Assembly: GCF_964204645.1 (NCBI RefSeq)
Contig: NC_134036.1
Coordinates: forward strand, 124,001 to 188,000
Origin: Tubulanus polymorphus
Lineage: Eukaryota; Animalia; Nemertea
Length of the DNA stretch: 64,000 nucleotides
Direction: 5' to 3'
The translations under genes and the position numbers were made by a program. Of the stretch, positions 1 to 13,500 are shown piece after piece (the first letter of the stretch is position 1; every line of letters starts with the position of its first letter). The notes beneath the pieces were generated by a model, which saw only the letters and a list, made by a program, of their open reading frames with translations, did no database searches and was not told the DNA's origin.

Positions 1-740
1 GAAATTTTGTCATCAGTTGAGAAAGACCTGTGATTGATCACCGTCCGCGTTGCATGCAGTCACCACCGAATTCTCGCTTGGATTTCTTCAGTTCGAGGAA
101 TTAAATAAATATAAAAATTTCCCAAACCCTCACCATTCAACTTAAAATAACAAACTAATATTGTAAAAAAGTCGAAGCCCCTGGTGGAATTACCCGCTGC
201 CGGGACCGAGATGACGAGATAAATAAATAATTCAGCCAGAAACGACTGAATTAAATAATACTTTACCCCGCCACCGGTGGGATATAGGACTCACGCATTA
301 GCAACCTCATTCCAGGGAGGACAGTGCTGCGCGTAGCCACCGTCCGCTTACCGGAGCTCATTGCCACATCCTGACCCGCCTCCTCCGAGACTCGAACCTG
401 GGCCACAGCGGTGACACGCTAGTCGCCTACCGACTAAGCCATCCGGTCCGCCCGATTGTGGCAGGAAAACATTCGAACATATTCGACGGCCATTCACATT
501 CGGACAAAAGACCATGACGTCACAATGGTCAACGCCGTGACGATATCGACTCTGACTGAAATCGCCAGTTTCTGACCAATCTTAAATTTCGCAGCTACAG
601 CACCACTGGGGGGGGGGGGGGGGGGATACACAGCACTATAGATTTCTGTGAATTCATTCATTGCTTTTTTGAAAAAAAAAACATATTCCCATCTAGACGA
701 TAAATATAATTCAAATCTAATTTAAACACGAACCGAAATC

Positions 741-2786
741 ATGCGATTTTTAAACAGACTTTCGTATTTCTTATCAAAGGTAAGTCGGGGTTATCTGGGT
801 TTCCCGATGACCTAATTAGAAACCCGGTAGGGGATTCCGTCACCAGTCAATCTGACTACTATTCACGAGCTTCACGCGATACTTACAGGAGGTTCATGTT
901 TACAGGTGAGAATACGAATACTTCATCAAACTCTATTTCAAACATTTTAATCATTCAATTTTAAACTCACGTCATTTATTTAGCCATCTGTACACAATAC
1001 CGCGTTCGGGCGAATTGAATACGTGACCGATATCAAAAACTTAACAAACAATTAGAATTTATTCATTTCATCAAAAGTGTCTCACATGGTTATCATTAGT
1101 TTGACCAGAATAAACGATGCATCCTCGTGAAATAGTGACAATATTAATACTATATCTAATATGATATCGACCTACGTTTTGGGTTAACTGACCTACGCGG
1201 GGGGTCGGGGATATGGTGCAATAAATTCTATCTATTTTCAGTGTTTTTTTATCTACAGTTTAAAGATGACTGCCGCACGTTTGTCGTTCGTCGATCAAGG
1301 CTTGAAAACTTTGCCGATAAAAATCATCAAGAAATATTTATCAGTTCTCGAGGAGCTCGATTTAACATCGAACCATATTAAATATCCTTTACATTAAACA
1401 ACTATCTATCGATATTCTATGTGTACCGCTGTATATATTTGTTTAGGGTCACATGATCTTTATAGCGATAAATCATTATCAGTTCACGATTCACGTCAAT
1501 CGTTCGATATATTTAATGCGCATTTCGATATTTCTTTTTTCTGTGATCGGAATTTTACCAGCATTTAAAAAAAAATGATTTCAAAATCAATTTTTCGTCT
1601 TTTTTCCGTTTAACGATATTTTCACAGATTTTCGATTTCTCTACGAATTGCCGAATTTGAACACGTTAATTTTGGACAGAAATGAAATAAATTCACACGT
1701 GAAATTTCCGAAACACACGGGTTTACACACACTGTGGCTGAATCATAACAATATCGAAAATCTCGGTAAGAACCTACTGTATAGTTTTACAAGATCAGCT
1801 TCAATTTTGACTCACCAGGGGGCAGTTCATAAGATCGGCCTATAAGACTATCTTAGTTCTATAGCCAATTAAACACTATTACTACAATTACTATCGCCCC
1901 CTGGTGCAATTGATTATAACTACAGCAGGTTTTCGCTGTTTTAATATTTTAATTAACTCGTCAATTTCAGGTGTATTCATTCAAACGGTTATGAAATCGT
2001 TTCCGAATTTAAAATATTTAAGTCTAATGAATAATCCGGCAGCGCCGAGTTATTTCAACGGAGGAAGTGTCGTCGAGTGGAACGATTATAGGTAACATAC
2101 CTCCACCCCCTCATCCACTCCTAACCTCCCCTCATCCACTAATACCCCTCCCACCCATCATCCACTCCTACCCCTCCCCCTTATCATCCACTCCTAACCC
2201 CCCTCAACCTTCAAAACCTTCATCGTGATACGAAGAGCAGTGATACAAATTCTTTGCGTCGAAAGTCAGTAAATTTGGATCAAAATAAAGTCCAAGAATT
2301 GATTGGATTAATTTCCTTTCAAATGAGTTATTAGTTTGCAAATGTATCTATGATTTGTAGACAGTTCGTGGTGAGCCGATTCCCGAGTCTAGTGGCGCTT
2401 GATGACGTCACGATTACCGCCGAATTCAGATACGAATCAGAAAGAATTTACGGTCGATGTTTAAAAGAAGATGAATTTATTATTCACCACCAATATCAGC
2501 AGCAAGAAGAAGTCAGTTGATTCTGTTAAAAAGCTTAACTATTTCTGATCTGTTTAATACTGACCTCAAATATATATGTCTGTACAAAATATTTAAGTTA
2601 TATGTAAAATAAATTTAAAGGTGTTTTAGAATTTTTGTCGTCATTGGTTTTTAATCTTTCTTCCAGCCGCAGCCGCAGCAGCAGCAGCAGCAGCAGCCGC
2701 AGCAGTCCGTGAAACAGTCAAAACAGCGTCACCAATCTTCTCATCAACTGGGGCCCGTGTACGCTGATACCAGCGGTAATCAAACC

Positions 2787-2821
<35 letters not shown>

Positions 2822-3506
2822 GCGGTGCCCGCTTGGGAGTGAGGGCGAGGGGACCGCACCGACTCCGCGCCCCACGCCCGGGGCGGAGGAGGGCCAGCAA
2901 CGACGGACTAAACAAAACCGAAAGTCATCTCTGACCAAACGATATAAGACTGGTGGTCCTATCATTCACGATGATGATGGTTACGATAGTTTACCACCAG
3001 TACAACACATAGAATTTCCTGAGTTCGATTTAGATGTAGACAGTCTACAAACTGTCGATACAAACACTGATAATGACGCCCACGGATCCAATATCGATGT
3101 AGACAGCCTACCAGATTTTGATACGTGGCCAAACTCTACCCGTGACGTCACACATGTTGATACGGAGGAGGTCTCTTTCTCCGAGGAAGAACAGACTGAA
3201 GAAACTTTAAATATCGAGGATGAATTGCTACAGAATTTACCACCAGTTTTCGATGGAGAAAACTTGGTCCGTTTAGATGATGGAGACACAACTGAAATAC
3301 AACCAGGTCCGGGTCCACGTCCGGATCATATGCGGCATGCTGGAATACGGAGAGGACCTGTGTACGATGATGATGACGATGATAGAGGAGGACCTGTAGA
3401 TGATAATGATAGTGAAGATGAAGATGTTACGACGATGCTGGGACCGGTGCAGTCTCACGATCACGGACGGAAAGGTCCGATCTATGGTGGCGGTGACTGG
3501 TACTGA
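741..3506 (+). CDS. LRMDA: Leucine-rich melanocyte differentiation-associated (LRMDA/C10orf11)-like LRR protein with long polyQ/polyA/acidic C-terminal exon, copy 1
   Basis: Phase-consistent exons 741-779, 889-905, 1259-1381, 1626-1765, 1971-2091, 2361-2511, 2667-3506. LRR repeats (LEELDLTSNHI, LNTLILDRNEI, LHTLWLNHNNI, LKYLSLMNNP) and an LRRcap-like segment (DYRQFVVSRFPSLVALDD). Family assigned from recalled similarity, not a search. Confidence 0.8.
1382..1625 (+). other. U12-type (minor spliceosome) AT-AC intron
   Basis: The 5' end is ATATCCTTT, a branch-like TTCCGTTTAAC lies about 10 nt before the terminal AC, and removal restores the frame N-H-I-K-D-F-R-F-L-Y-E-L-P. Confidence 0.88.
1772..1930. 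mobile_element. Small intronic inverted-repeat element (MITE-like)
   Basis: ACCTACTGTATAGTT...AACTACAGCAGGT ends with an inner inverted pair CACCAGGGGGC / GCCCCCTGGTG. Confidence 0.5.
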
Positions 3507-4424
3507 GGTTGGAGATCACTCGCTGAACGTGGAGAACGTTAGTAATACCATCAACAGTATTTTATAATTATTAATGTCTTAATGAAATATGAGCAGCATT
3601 TTTACAAATTTAAACATCGATTCTCATTTATAGTTGAGATTTATAAATCTACCACCAGAGACTGGGATAAATTCGTCTGTGTTTTGAGCTGTGTTTGATG
3701 TTCTGATAATAAAATCATTGAGCTTTAGATTCTCGGCGTCTCTATTCAACACAAACTCTACATGAAAAATGATACATTGTTTCTCCTAATCGGCCGGGTC
3801 ACTTTCGTAAACTGCAATGAAATTTGTAATCAGTTCATATCTATAACTGCAGGGTCTGTTATTGGTAGCCTGATCATAAAAGGTAATGTGCAGGGTAGAT
3901 AGGCGGCCGGGTCAACATTCAAACTCAGCAGGAATGAGAAATAAAGTATCATTTTTGCTAAGCCTACACTGCCAGGTCGCGTTTTACTTAGATCGGTCCC
4001 GAGTTGAAGCCAGTTCACTTTAACCATGGACTCTAAAATGCGCTTTAGAATCCATGGTTTCACTCGATATGATCAATATCATCATCATCAATCATAGATA
4101 GATTTCGTTTAATTGACAAGAAGCAGAATTTATTCAGTTATATTTCTATTTACATCGAAGTCCAACAAAATCTATTACGCGTCTGTTTCAGACCAGTTCT
4201 ATTTACACACGTCTTACAAAATACTGAACATCACAATATATATAATGCATATTCGAAATATTCATTTCATTTATGCCCGATTAAACAATAATTAGTTCCT
4301 AAACAAATCAAAAAATAGAGAATGGTATGAATTAAAATGAGAGATTGGAATTTGATAATTTCTTAAACCTGAATCAGTTTTAAACAACGCAATCAACATC
4401 AAAACTACAAATTCAAATCAATAT

Positions 4425-4535
4425 CAGTCTCATTGTTTGCTCCTGTCTCATTGTTTACTCCTGTCTGATTGTTTACTCCTGTCTCATTGTTTACTCCTGT
4501 CTGATTGTTTACTCCTGTCTGATTGTTTACTCCTA
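4425..4535 (-). repeat. 18-bp tandem repeat (about 6 units), expanded to about 15 units at 46484-46755
   Basis: Unit GGAG(T/C)AAACAAT(C/G)AGACA. Confidence 0.93.
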
Positions 4536-4599
4536 CAGTCAAATTATCTTCATCTTTCTCCCATCCGGAGATGAAGAATTCCCGATTGATTAAATGCAC

Positions 4600-7500
4600 T
4601 CAGTTATTGTCAGAATTACAACCTAAATTCAAACTTCCAGTTTTTACTTTTTCATTTATCAAATTATTTTTATTTACAATCAATTGTCCGTTTTTTGGTT
4701 CATGTTGCAATCCATTAACTGCCAGTATTTCAGGATTGGACACATCTTTACAAATATCCACTTCCATTGCTTCACTACAATCTGTATCTTGTTCCTTTGC
4801 CTCAACCATTTCTACATCTGTGTCATTTGTGGCACCACTATCTACAACCTGCTCATTCGTCTCAACACCTGTCTCATCTTCAATTACATCATCCATTTCT
4901 GGCCTTTCCTCCTTTACCTCATCAGTGTCTGGCCTTTCCTCATTTACCTCATCAGTGTCTGGCCTTTCCTCATTTACCTCATCAGTGTCTGGCCTTTCCT
5001 CATTTACCTCATCAGTGTCTGGCCTTTCCTCATTTACCTCATCAGTGTCTGGCCTTTCCTCATTTACCTCATCAGTGTCTGGCCTTTCCTCATTTACCTC
5101 ATCAGTGTCTGGCCTTTCCTCATTTACCTCATCAGTGTCTGGCCTTTCCTCATTTACCTCATCAGTGTCTGGCCTTTCCTCATTTACCTCATCAGTGTCT
5201 GGCCTTTCCTCATTTACCTCATCAGTGTCTGGCCTTTCCTCATTTACCTCATCAGTGTCTGGCCTTTCCTCATTTACCTCATCAGTATCTGGCCTTTCCT
5301 CATTTACCTCATCAGTGTCTGGCCTTTCCTCATTTACCTCATCAGTGTCTGGCCTTTCCTCATTTACCTCATCAGTGTCTGGCCTTTCCTCATTTACCTC
5401 ATCAGTGTCTGGCCTTTCCTCATTTACCTCATCAGTGTCTGGCCTTTCCTCATTTACCTCATTAGTGTCTGGCCTTTCCTCATTTACCTCATCAGTGTCT
5501 GGCCTTTCCTCCTTTACGTCAACTGTGTCTACCTTATTGTCATTTGCCTCATAAGTACTCGCCAGATCATCACACGTCCCTTCAACTTTTATCAAATTCA
5601 CATTAGACTCAGTTTCTATCTGATTATGACCGGTAGGTATCGAGATCTGATCATTATGTGTATCAGTAATTACTACATCATTTCCCTGAGAAATGTTCTC
5701 CGATTGTTCCATAGAATTCATCGTTTTATCAATTTCTGCCTCGTTTGTTTTAACTAAATCAGAATCAACTTCAGTTTTAACAACGACCGCAATTTGTGAA
5801 CTGATCGTATCATTTTGCAGTTCAGCATTCTCATTTTTAAGAGTTATGACATTAGATAGAATGTCTATTTTAGCGGGGTCAACTGTGGTGTCGACCAACT
5901 GATTCGGTACGAGTTCTAATTTTACGAGTTCATCGTTTATTTCCGCTTTCAAAGTAACCGTGCCGATATCCGGTTTGTTATTATGCGTTTCTAAATTGTC
6001 GTCCGAGCGACGAATATTCTCGTTTTCGACACCTTTGAGCGATACAGTTCCAGCATTGTCTTTAGCGCCATCTGTGTTTGAAAAACAAACACACGATTAG
6101 AATTATATTCTACCACTTGATACTATAACCTAACTACTATCTACTGTGTATAGGAAGGAAGGGATGCATGAATTGAACTTACCGCGATCTGAATCAGGTA
6201 TTTCAATGATTTCTAAAGGAACAACTTCGTTGACAATACTGCTTACAATTGTGCGACATATATGGTCAGGATCATCGGCGATTGGTTCTGAAAAATCAAC
6301 AGAAACATTACACATTGAACTGTGAACTCCCCTCTCAGATAGAACCCATCTCCCGGGAGAGAGTGAACCCACTGGGACCCATGATCTCTAATGCTATAAA
6401 CAGTATTTACCTTCATTAGATCGTTTTCGTTTTAAACCCAAAGCAGTAAAAATCGTTTGTGGAACTTCATCAGTGTCTATAAATAGAATGTCAGAAAACA
6501 AACTGATAGATAGAAATCAGAAAACATGTCTGGAGCCGCAGGGGTACATCAGGGGCTGCAGGGCGGGGGAGGGAGTACATCAGGGGCTGCAGGGCGGGGG
6601 AGGGAGCAGGGGGTACATCAGGGGCTGCATGTTGGGGGGAGAAGGGGGTACATCAGGGGCTGCAGGGTGGGGGAGCAGGATTCAAATCTTAACACAGAAC
6701 TGTGGAACTGGACTATGGTATTTATCCACTGGTTATATCTAAACAATTTTTCAGCAACTGCAGCCACAAACAGGTAATTGATTATACAGATTTATACTCA
6801 CTGGCGGTATCACACATATCAGGACTCACAGTTTCAAACACCTCTACGCAACGCGGAGCTGGACGAGTTTTATAGCACGAGAACTTATTACAAAATACTA
6901 AATGATGAGCTGTAAAATTATTAAACAGAATCAGCGAATCAGAGAAACAACTAACAATAAACATCGCAACAATAGAGAGCGACAAACTTACCGAGCGTGT
7001 TACCGTAGCGACTACGAAAACCGCACAAGCAGAACATGAATTCAGGTTGCGGATGTTCGAGAGGAATATCGAGGGTACCGTAACCGGCGTGATATTTCAA
7101 CATGTGCGAGGAGTAAGAGTTAGAACAACACGTCGCAAACCGACACAATGAACATTGTATGTATTTCCTGTAAATCAGATCATTAACTTTACTGCATTTA
7201 TTCTGTCATTGAAAATAGAGGATTCTTGTGAAAAATATGCTGGAATTTTAAAGGCACAGCATTTATTGTTAAGTGTATGACATCATGGCTCCTGAACTGG
7301 CAAGGCTTTCAATCTACCAAAAAATACAGAAACTTAATTTTGGCGTTATCTTCTATTCTTCACATTAGCTCGATATATTTCATAGCAATTATCAGCATTG
7401 ATAGAATATTGAAATCGTACTCTGGTAGAGGGCAGCAGATATTTTTTAAGGGGTGGCTGAATTTCATAGGGATAGATGTAAAAATTTAAAGGGGTGGTCG

Positions 7501-10500
7501 CCACTTGTAACCGACAGGACCACTAATTAATTCACCAAGCAAAGCAGCGAGGAAATTCTGCAGACTGAATGAAGATGCTGAAAAACGGATATTTCGTCCA
7601 GGGAGCAGGCGCAGTCTAATTACTACTCACTTATAATGTCCTCTAGACGACATCACTTTGGTACATTCGACACAGCGTAGATGACTGACTGGTTCTACAA
7701 TCTTCACAGACGACATTTCCTGCACTTTAGAGTGTTGAGGTACATTCAGTGATTTAATATGACTCGTTCCAACTCGACCTTTACCGCCACCTAGTTGGAT
7801 CATTACTTGTTCGTTCGATGTAGTTTTTCCTGTGTTTGAAATACCTGTAAATTCAGAATCATACGCTTTATTCAATAATATTCATTGTTTGAACATTTGA
7901 AAGTTGTTTCTTCTCAAGTTACATCCTTTTGAATTCAAACTACAATAAACCTCGTCCAACTTTATAATCTAATCCAATAATCCATTTTCTGATTGCCAAT
8001 GCCCTCAAGCTGGTTCCATAGTTGGTCTTAGACCGGTCTTAAATCTAAGCCCTGACTTTGGAACCGGTTCCACGGCCTTAACTTTTTCAAGGAGTAGCAA
8101 CTTGCTACAAACCATGTTATAGTTTTTGTAATTAAGCCAAGGATACAAGGAGAGAGGGGAGAGGGGGAGAGGGGGGAGAGGGAGAGAGAGGGAGAGAGAG
8201 GGAGAGAGAGGGAGAGAGGGAGAGAGAGGGAGAGAGAGGGAGAGAGAGGGAGAGGGAGGGAGAGGGAGGAGGGAGAGAGAGGGAGAGAGAGGGAGAGGGA
8301 GAGAGAGGGAGAGAGAGGGAGAGAGAGGGAGAGAGAGGGAGAGGGAGGAGGGGGAGAGAGGGAGAGATACTTACAGTTTCTACCGGTATCAGTGCGCCGG
8401 TTTGTCGCGTGATGCGTCGATTTATGGAATTTCAAATCGTTTTTCGTAACGAACACTAGTTTACACGCTGTACATTTACGACACGTCGAGTGAGTTTGAT
8501 GTCGTTGTAAATGTTGATAGAAACTCTGAGTTAAACCCCAGCCGTGACGCGACGACAGAGAAACTTTAAACACTTTCAAACAATAGAAACATAAAACATG
8601 TCGGGTTTTATCATGTTTCTGAAATAAATAAACAATCTTTCATGAGCAACTGAGTTGCTAACCACAAAGTTCTACGTAAAGATTTGACTGTACAGTCAAA
8701 TCACTTAATGAAATTCAAACCAACCGTTCCATCCCATCTGTACTGATTCCCAAATTCAAAATCAAAACCCTGTTACATTCAAGGCAAGTGTGGTGGGTTC
8801 GTAGTAACGGCCATTCGAAAATTTTAGCATAACATCAAATAAATAAGAAAATCAATTTGCTAGTTTATGATATAAATCTATACTAGAAATCGACTAATTT
8901 GGACCAATCAACTTTAGCCAACAAGAATGAAACTCTGAAATTCTTGCAGATTTGTTTTTTAGAATTCTGAAATTCTTGCAGATTTGTTTTTACAATTCTG
9001 AAATTCTTGCAGATTTGTTTTTATGCACAAGAGGACGATACTGAAGTCAGTTGTTGAATTTACCTTGTTGAAATGGTCGATGATATCGTCGTAAAGCGAT
9101 GACCTGAATGAACACAGTTGGCAGACGTACGGCATTTCACACGGTTTATGAACAGTTCTCATGTGAGCCGTCAATGTTCGATGAGTCGTGTGATCTTTCT
9201 CACAAATACGACAAACGAGTACACAACTATTACTCTGATGGACCTGTAATGTGTTAAACGAATAGAGAAATACTGAATGAGTACCCATAATGTTACTCAA
9301 AAACAGAAATAATAAATAGAGAGTTAGTGGGGTCGAGGTGCACCATGCCCACTCGGTCGAAGCGTCATCCTATAAAAACGATGTTTTTGGTGAACAAAAA
9401 ATGACCACCAGTCGGACATCTTGATTCTGATTGGGCCAATTTTTGTGAATACAGAGGTGTTTAGAGGTGTTTAGAAATACTGATAGGCATATTGCAAATG
9501 GATGGTGACAACCTCTATTCTGGGATTGAAATGAAGAGTCAACAAACCTTTTCGACGTGAGTTTGCATCTCAAATGGAGTATCAAATTGACGGAAACAAT
9601 GTTTACATTGAGTTAGATCATTCAAATCGATATTCTGTTGTTTCTCACTCTCGATATGCGCTCGCATGTGGATCATTACTTTTATATTGTTGTACAACAT
9701 TATCTGACAATGATAACACTGAAAATAGTTCGCAAAGACATTTCATTAGTAAGTTATAATGACAGTTCAGATTACATAAGTTTAACCCCTTCCGTGCTGA
9801 CTAATTTGTACTCGAAAGTGCTGGAGGTAATTTGGAAATTTTTCAAATATTCCAATAATGGGCATTCCGCTCTAGTTCATCTACACCGCAGTGCGGTGTA
9901 TTGTTACTTATTAATATTTCACTGTTTGACACATGCTGCCATCTTTCAATAGAGAGGAACCTTAATTACTAATAACTACATCAATACACCGCAATGTTTA
10001 TACTCTGCACTGCGGTGTAAAAACGCACTGAAAGGGTTGATATTTGACTGAAAGAGCTTTAGTGCATCTACACCACAGTGCAGTGTATTGTTAGTTAGTA
10101 ATATTTGAATATGCTGCCATCCTTAAATAGGTATGAAAACTAATTATTAATTACATCAATACACCGTAATGCGGTGTACTAGCGATGTTAATCACAGATT
10201 TATGCACCGCACTGAAAGGGTTGATACGATTGGAACTTACTTTAAATCGATATTCTCCGATCTCCTGAGATTCAATGAGCCCTTCCTGTTTACCGTAGTA
10301 ATACTCATCGAGAGGAACCCAACGTCCCGGGACCGAACCCAGAACTTCTACTTCCGGTTCTTCTTTCTTTTCCAACAACGTTAAAAGGGCTTTCATCGTT
10401 TTCGAGTTGGACTCGTCGGAGCCGGCGTTTAGTGAAGTAAGTTTGATACCGAGTCCGGACGTCCCTGGTACTGTATGTATCTCACCACCGGATGTCCCCA

Positions 10501-13500
10501 TCACCGTACGCTCCAGACTGGATGTCCTTGTCAATGGGACGGTACGCTCCACACTGGATGTCCTTGTCAGCGGGACGGTGCGCTCCAGACTGGATGTCCC
10601 TGTGGTACGCTCCACACTGGATGTCCTTGTCAGCGGAACGGTGCGCTCCAGACTGGATGTCCCTGTGGTACGCTCCACACTGGGTGTACCTGTCGTTGGT
10701 CCGGTATGCTCCACGCTGTATGTCCCCGTTTTTGTTATGAGACGTATTTTCACTATAATAAGACAGAGTGAAATTGTAATCGTGATTTAAAATTGACAAG
10801 AAATTTCTTACAAAAATTAAATGTGATGAAGAATCTTACTTTTAGATTTAGGAGGCCGACCTCTCTTCGCTTGTGGACGCGTGATCGTTTCAATTTCACT
10901 TCCATTCTATAAAACAAGGTGAAAGTTTGAGATATAAAACATACAGACATTCAGAGACTCAAATTCTATTTACTAAGCATGAATCGTTATTTGTCCGATA
11001 AAACTTGTGACATAACTGAACTCATCTATATTTTTGAGGCTCAATTTGTCGTTCTAATTCAATTCAAGTGTCAGTTGTCATCAACATAATAAAACTCAAC
11101 TAAACACAGAATATGATGACAATTAGTTTTACCTCATTACGTTGAGTGTCTTTAACAGTGAGCGAGGAATCACTGATAGATTTCGGTGATATATTCAATG
11201 ATTTATTTGAAGGAGAATCGATTATAACAACATCATCCGGCTGATCTTCCGGAATATCTGTTTATGAAATACAAATATCAACGTTACTCAAACGCAGCTT
11301 CATTGTGTCTTTAAGCGTGTTACTCGAGGTATAATAAACCGACCTGTTATTTTCTCCGTTCCTCGGTTTCCTGGCGACAAAGTCTTAGCGATCGGATTTG
11401 TTTTAAAACTAGAAGGTGTAACAACCCGAGCTGGTATCATAGGTGGCGCTACGGTCAACGGTTTTCGTACAGTTTTTAGATGCGCGCCGTTTACTGGTTG
11501 TTCACTAGGTGGCGCCGGTGTCTGTTGGTCGGGACGTCGCGCGCATTGATTGGTTTTCGTCGAGACTTTCGGAGATCTTGTTTCCATGGTAACGATGACA
11601 TCCTTATCGTCATCGTCGTCGTCAATAATGGTAACCACGGCGGTCGGCTTTAACGATTGATTCAACGCTAGAAATTATTTAACAATAAACACTGTTTAAA
11701 CCTGACGACGATGACCCCCAGCAGAGTTTTAAACCCGACGACAGATAAACAGAACTGTTGACCCCTAGCAGAGTTTTAAACCCGACGACGGTGTTAAAAA
11801 GTACTGTTGACCCCCGGCAGAGTTTTAAACTATTTACTTACGTTTTATGGTGGGTGATAAAACCTGATTACCGCTTGATTTCGGAGGAGCTGCAGTTGGA
11901 GGCGGAGGAACAACAGTCGGAGTTTTCCTTTTCAGCGTCTGCAATGGACTCCTTTGTGCGTGGATCGGAGATTTTAGCGGTTGTCGTGGACTGGTTTCCT
12001 CGTCATCATCATCTTCATCAATAATAATCGGTTCTACTCCTCGGTTTAACGTTTTATTCTGAAATAAACATTTAAAATACGTTTCATTTGACTTTTATAG
12101 ATGCAACAGGGGGAGGGGGAGTTAGGGTGAGTGAGTTAGGGGGAGTGGAAGGGGGAGTTAGGGGGAGTGGAAGGAGGAGTTAGGGGGAGTGGAAGGGGGA
12201 GTTAGGGAGAGTGGAAGGGGGAGTGGAAGGGGGAGTTAGGGAGAGTGGAAGGGGGAGTGGAGGGGGAGTTAGGGGGAGTGGAGGGGGAGTGGAGGGGAGT
12301 TAGGGTGAGTGAGTTAGGGGGAGTGGAAGGGGGAGCTAGGGAGAGTGGAAGGGGGAGTGGAGGGGGAGTTAGGGGGAGTGGAGGGGGAGTGGAGGGGGAG
12401 TTATGGGGAGTGGAGGGGGAGTGGAGGGGAGTTAGGGTGAGTGAGTTAGGGGGAGTGGAAGGGGGAGCTAGGGAGAGTGGAAGGGGGAGTGGAAGAGGGA
12501 GTTAGGGAGAGTGGAAGGGGGAGTGGAGGGGAGTTAGGGGAGTGGAGGGGAGTTAGGGGGAGGGGGTTAGGGGAGTGGAAGGGGGAGTTAGGGGGAGTGG
12601 AAGGGGGAGTGAGGGGAGTGGAAGGGAGTTAGGGGGAGTGGAGGGGAGTTAGGGGGAGTGGAGTTAGGGAGTGGAGGGGAGTTAGGGGGAGAGGGTTGGA
12701 GGGGAGTGGAGTGGAAGGGTGGAGTTAGGGGTGAAAATCTGAGTGCATCCTCCTGAAACGGAACTTATCTACACTTACTCTCACAACCGAATGATTCACA
12801 TTTATATCAGCAGTTTGTCTATGGTCATTATTATTTTTACGCATTCTTTTTATAGGTGGTGGTCCTCCAGGCAGTGGTCCTCCAGGCATTGGTCCTCCAG
12901 GCGATGGTAATCCGCCTCGATCCTGAAAAAACAATCAGTCAAAATATTGGAGATGAAATCCTACCATACCAGATAAATGGAACTGGTAGATATTGAGCTG
13001 TCTCTATGACGCACCTGGATGGGTGATCGAGGTTTCATACGTTTTCTGAAGCTTAAATACAACGTTGGGTCATGACTCGGATGTCCCGGGGGAAATATAG
13101 ATGGCACTGCGATATCTTTTAATATACGTTGTCTCGTTCCTGTAAAATCTTTTTCCTAAAAAATAAATATGAACAAAAAGTTTTAAGGGGGGAATCAAGA
13201 GACGAATTTTGAAGGACTTCTCAAATCCAAAATAGGCACTATGTGTTGGATATCAAAAAAGGCAAAATCATGTAGGCCAACAGTACTCCCACACTGAAAT
13301 GCACCAATCATCTTTATTGACAAAATTAAAAAGGGCACTCAAAGAAATTTGATAGACTTCAACAAGTCTCACAAGTTCCCAGGTGCCGACAATCGACATA
13401 CAATATTGAAATATGAGATTGAGATAAGATTGATGTGAGAGGTTTTACCTGGAAATGATCGCTACAAATATAGAACATTTCCGATCCGTGCGATAGTGTT

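Larger units (their letters stand above)
1..10292 (+). repeat. Left arm of a large inverted segmental duplication (runs off the window edge)
   Basis: Reverse complement of 40548-51165. Base 1 pairs with 51165, and paired ORFs appear in the ORF track in mirror order. Confidence 0.97.

Noticed and set aside
4523-5757. Long plus-strand ORFs (343, 357 and 232 aa) and their mirrors at 45363-46495
   Set aside because: These are antisense shadow frames of the stop-free 30-bp coding repeat.
10752-10906. Suspected frameshift between the AT-hook exon and the next exon
   Set aside because: Recounting gives a 67-nt exon ending in phase 1, which matches the downstream frame.
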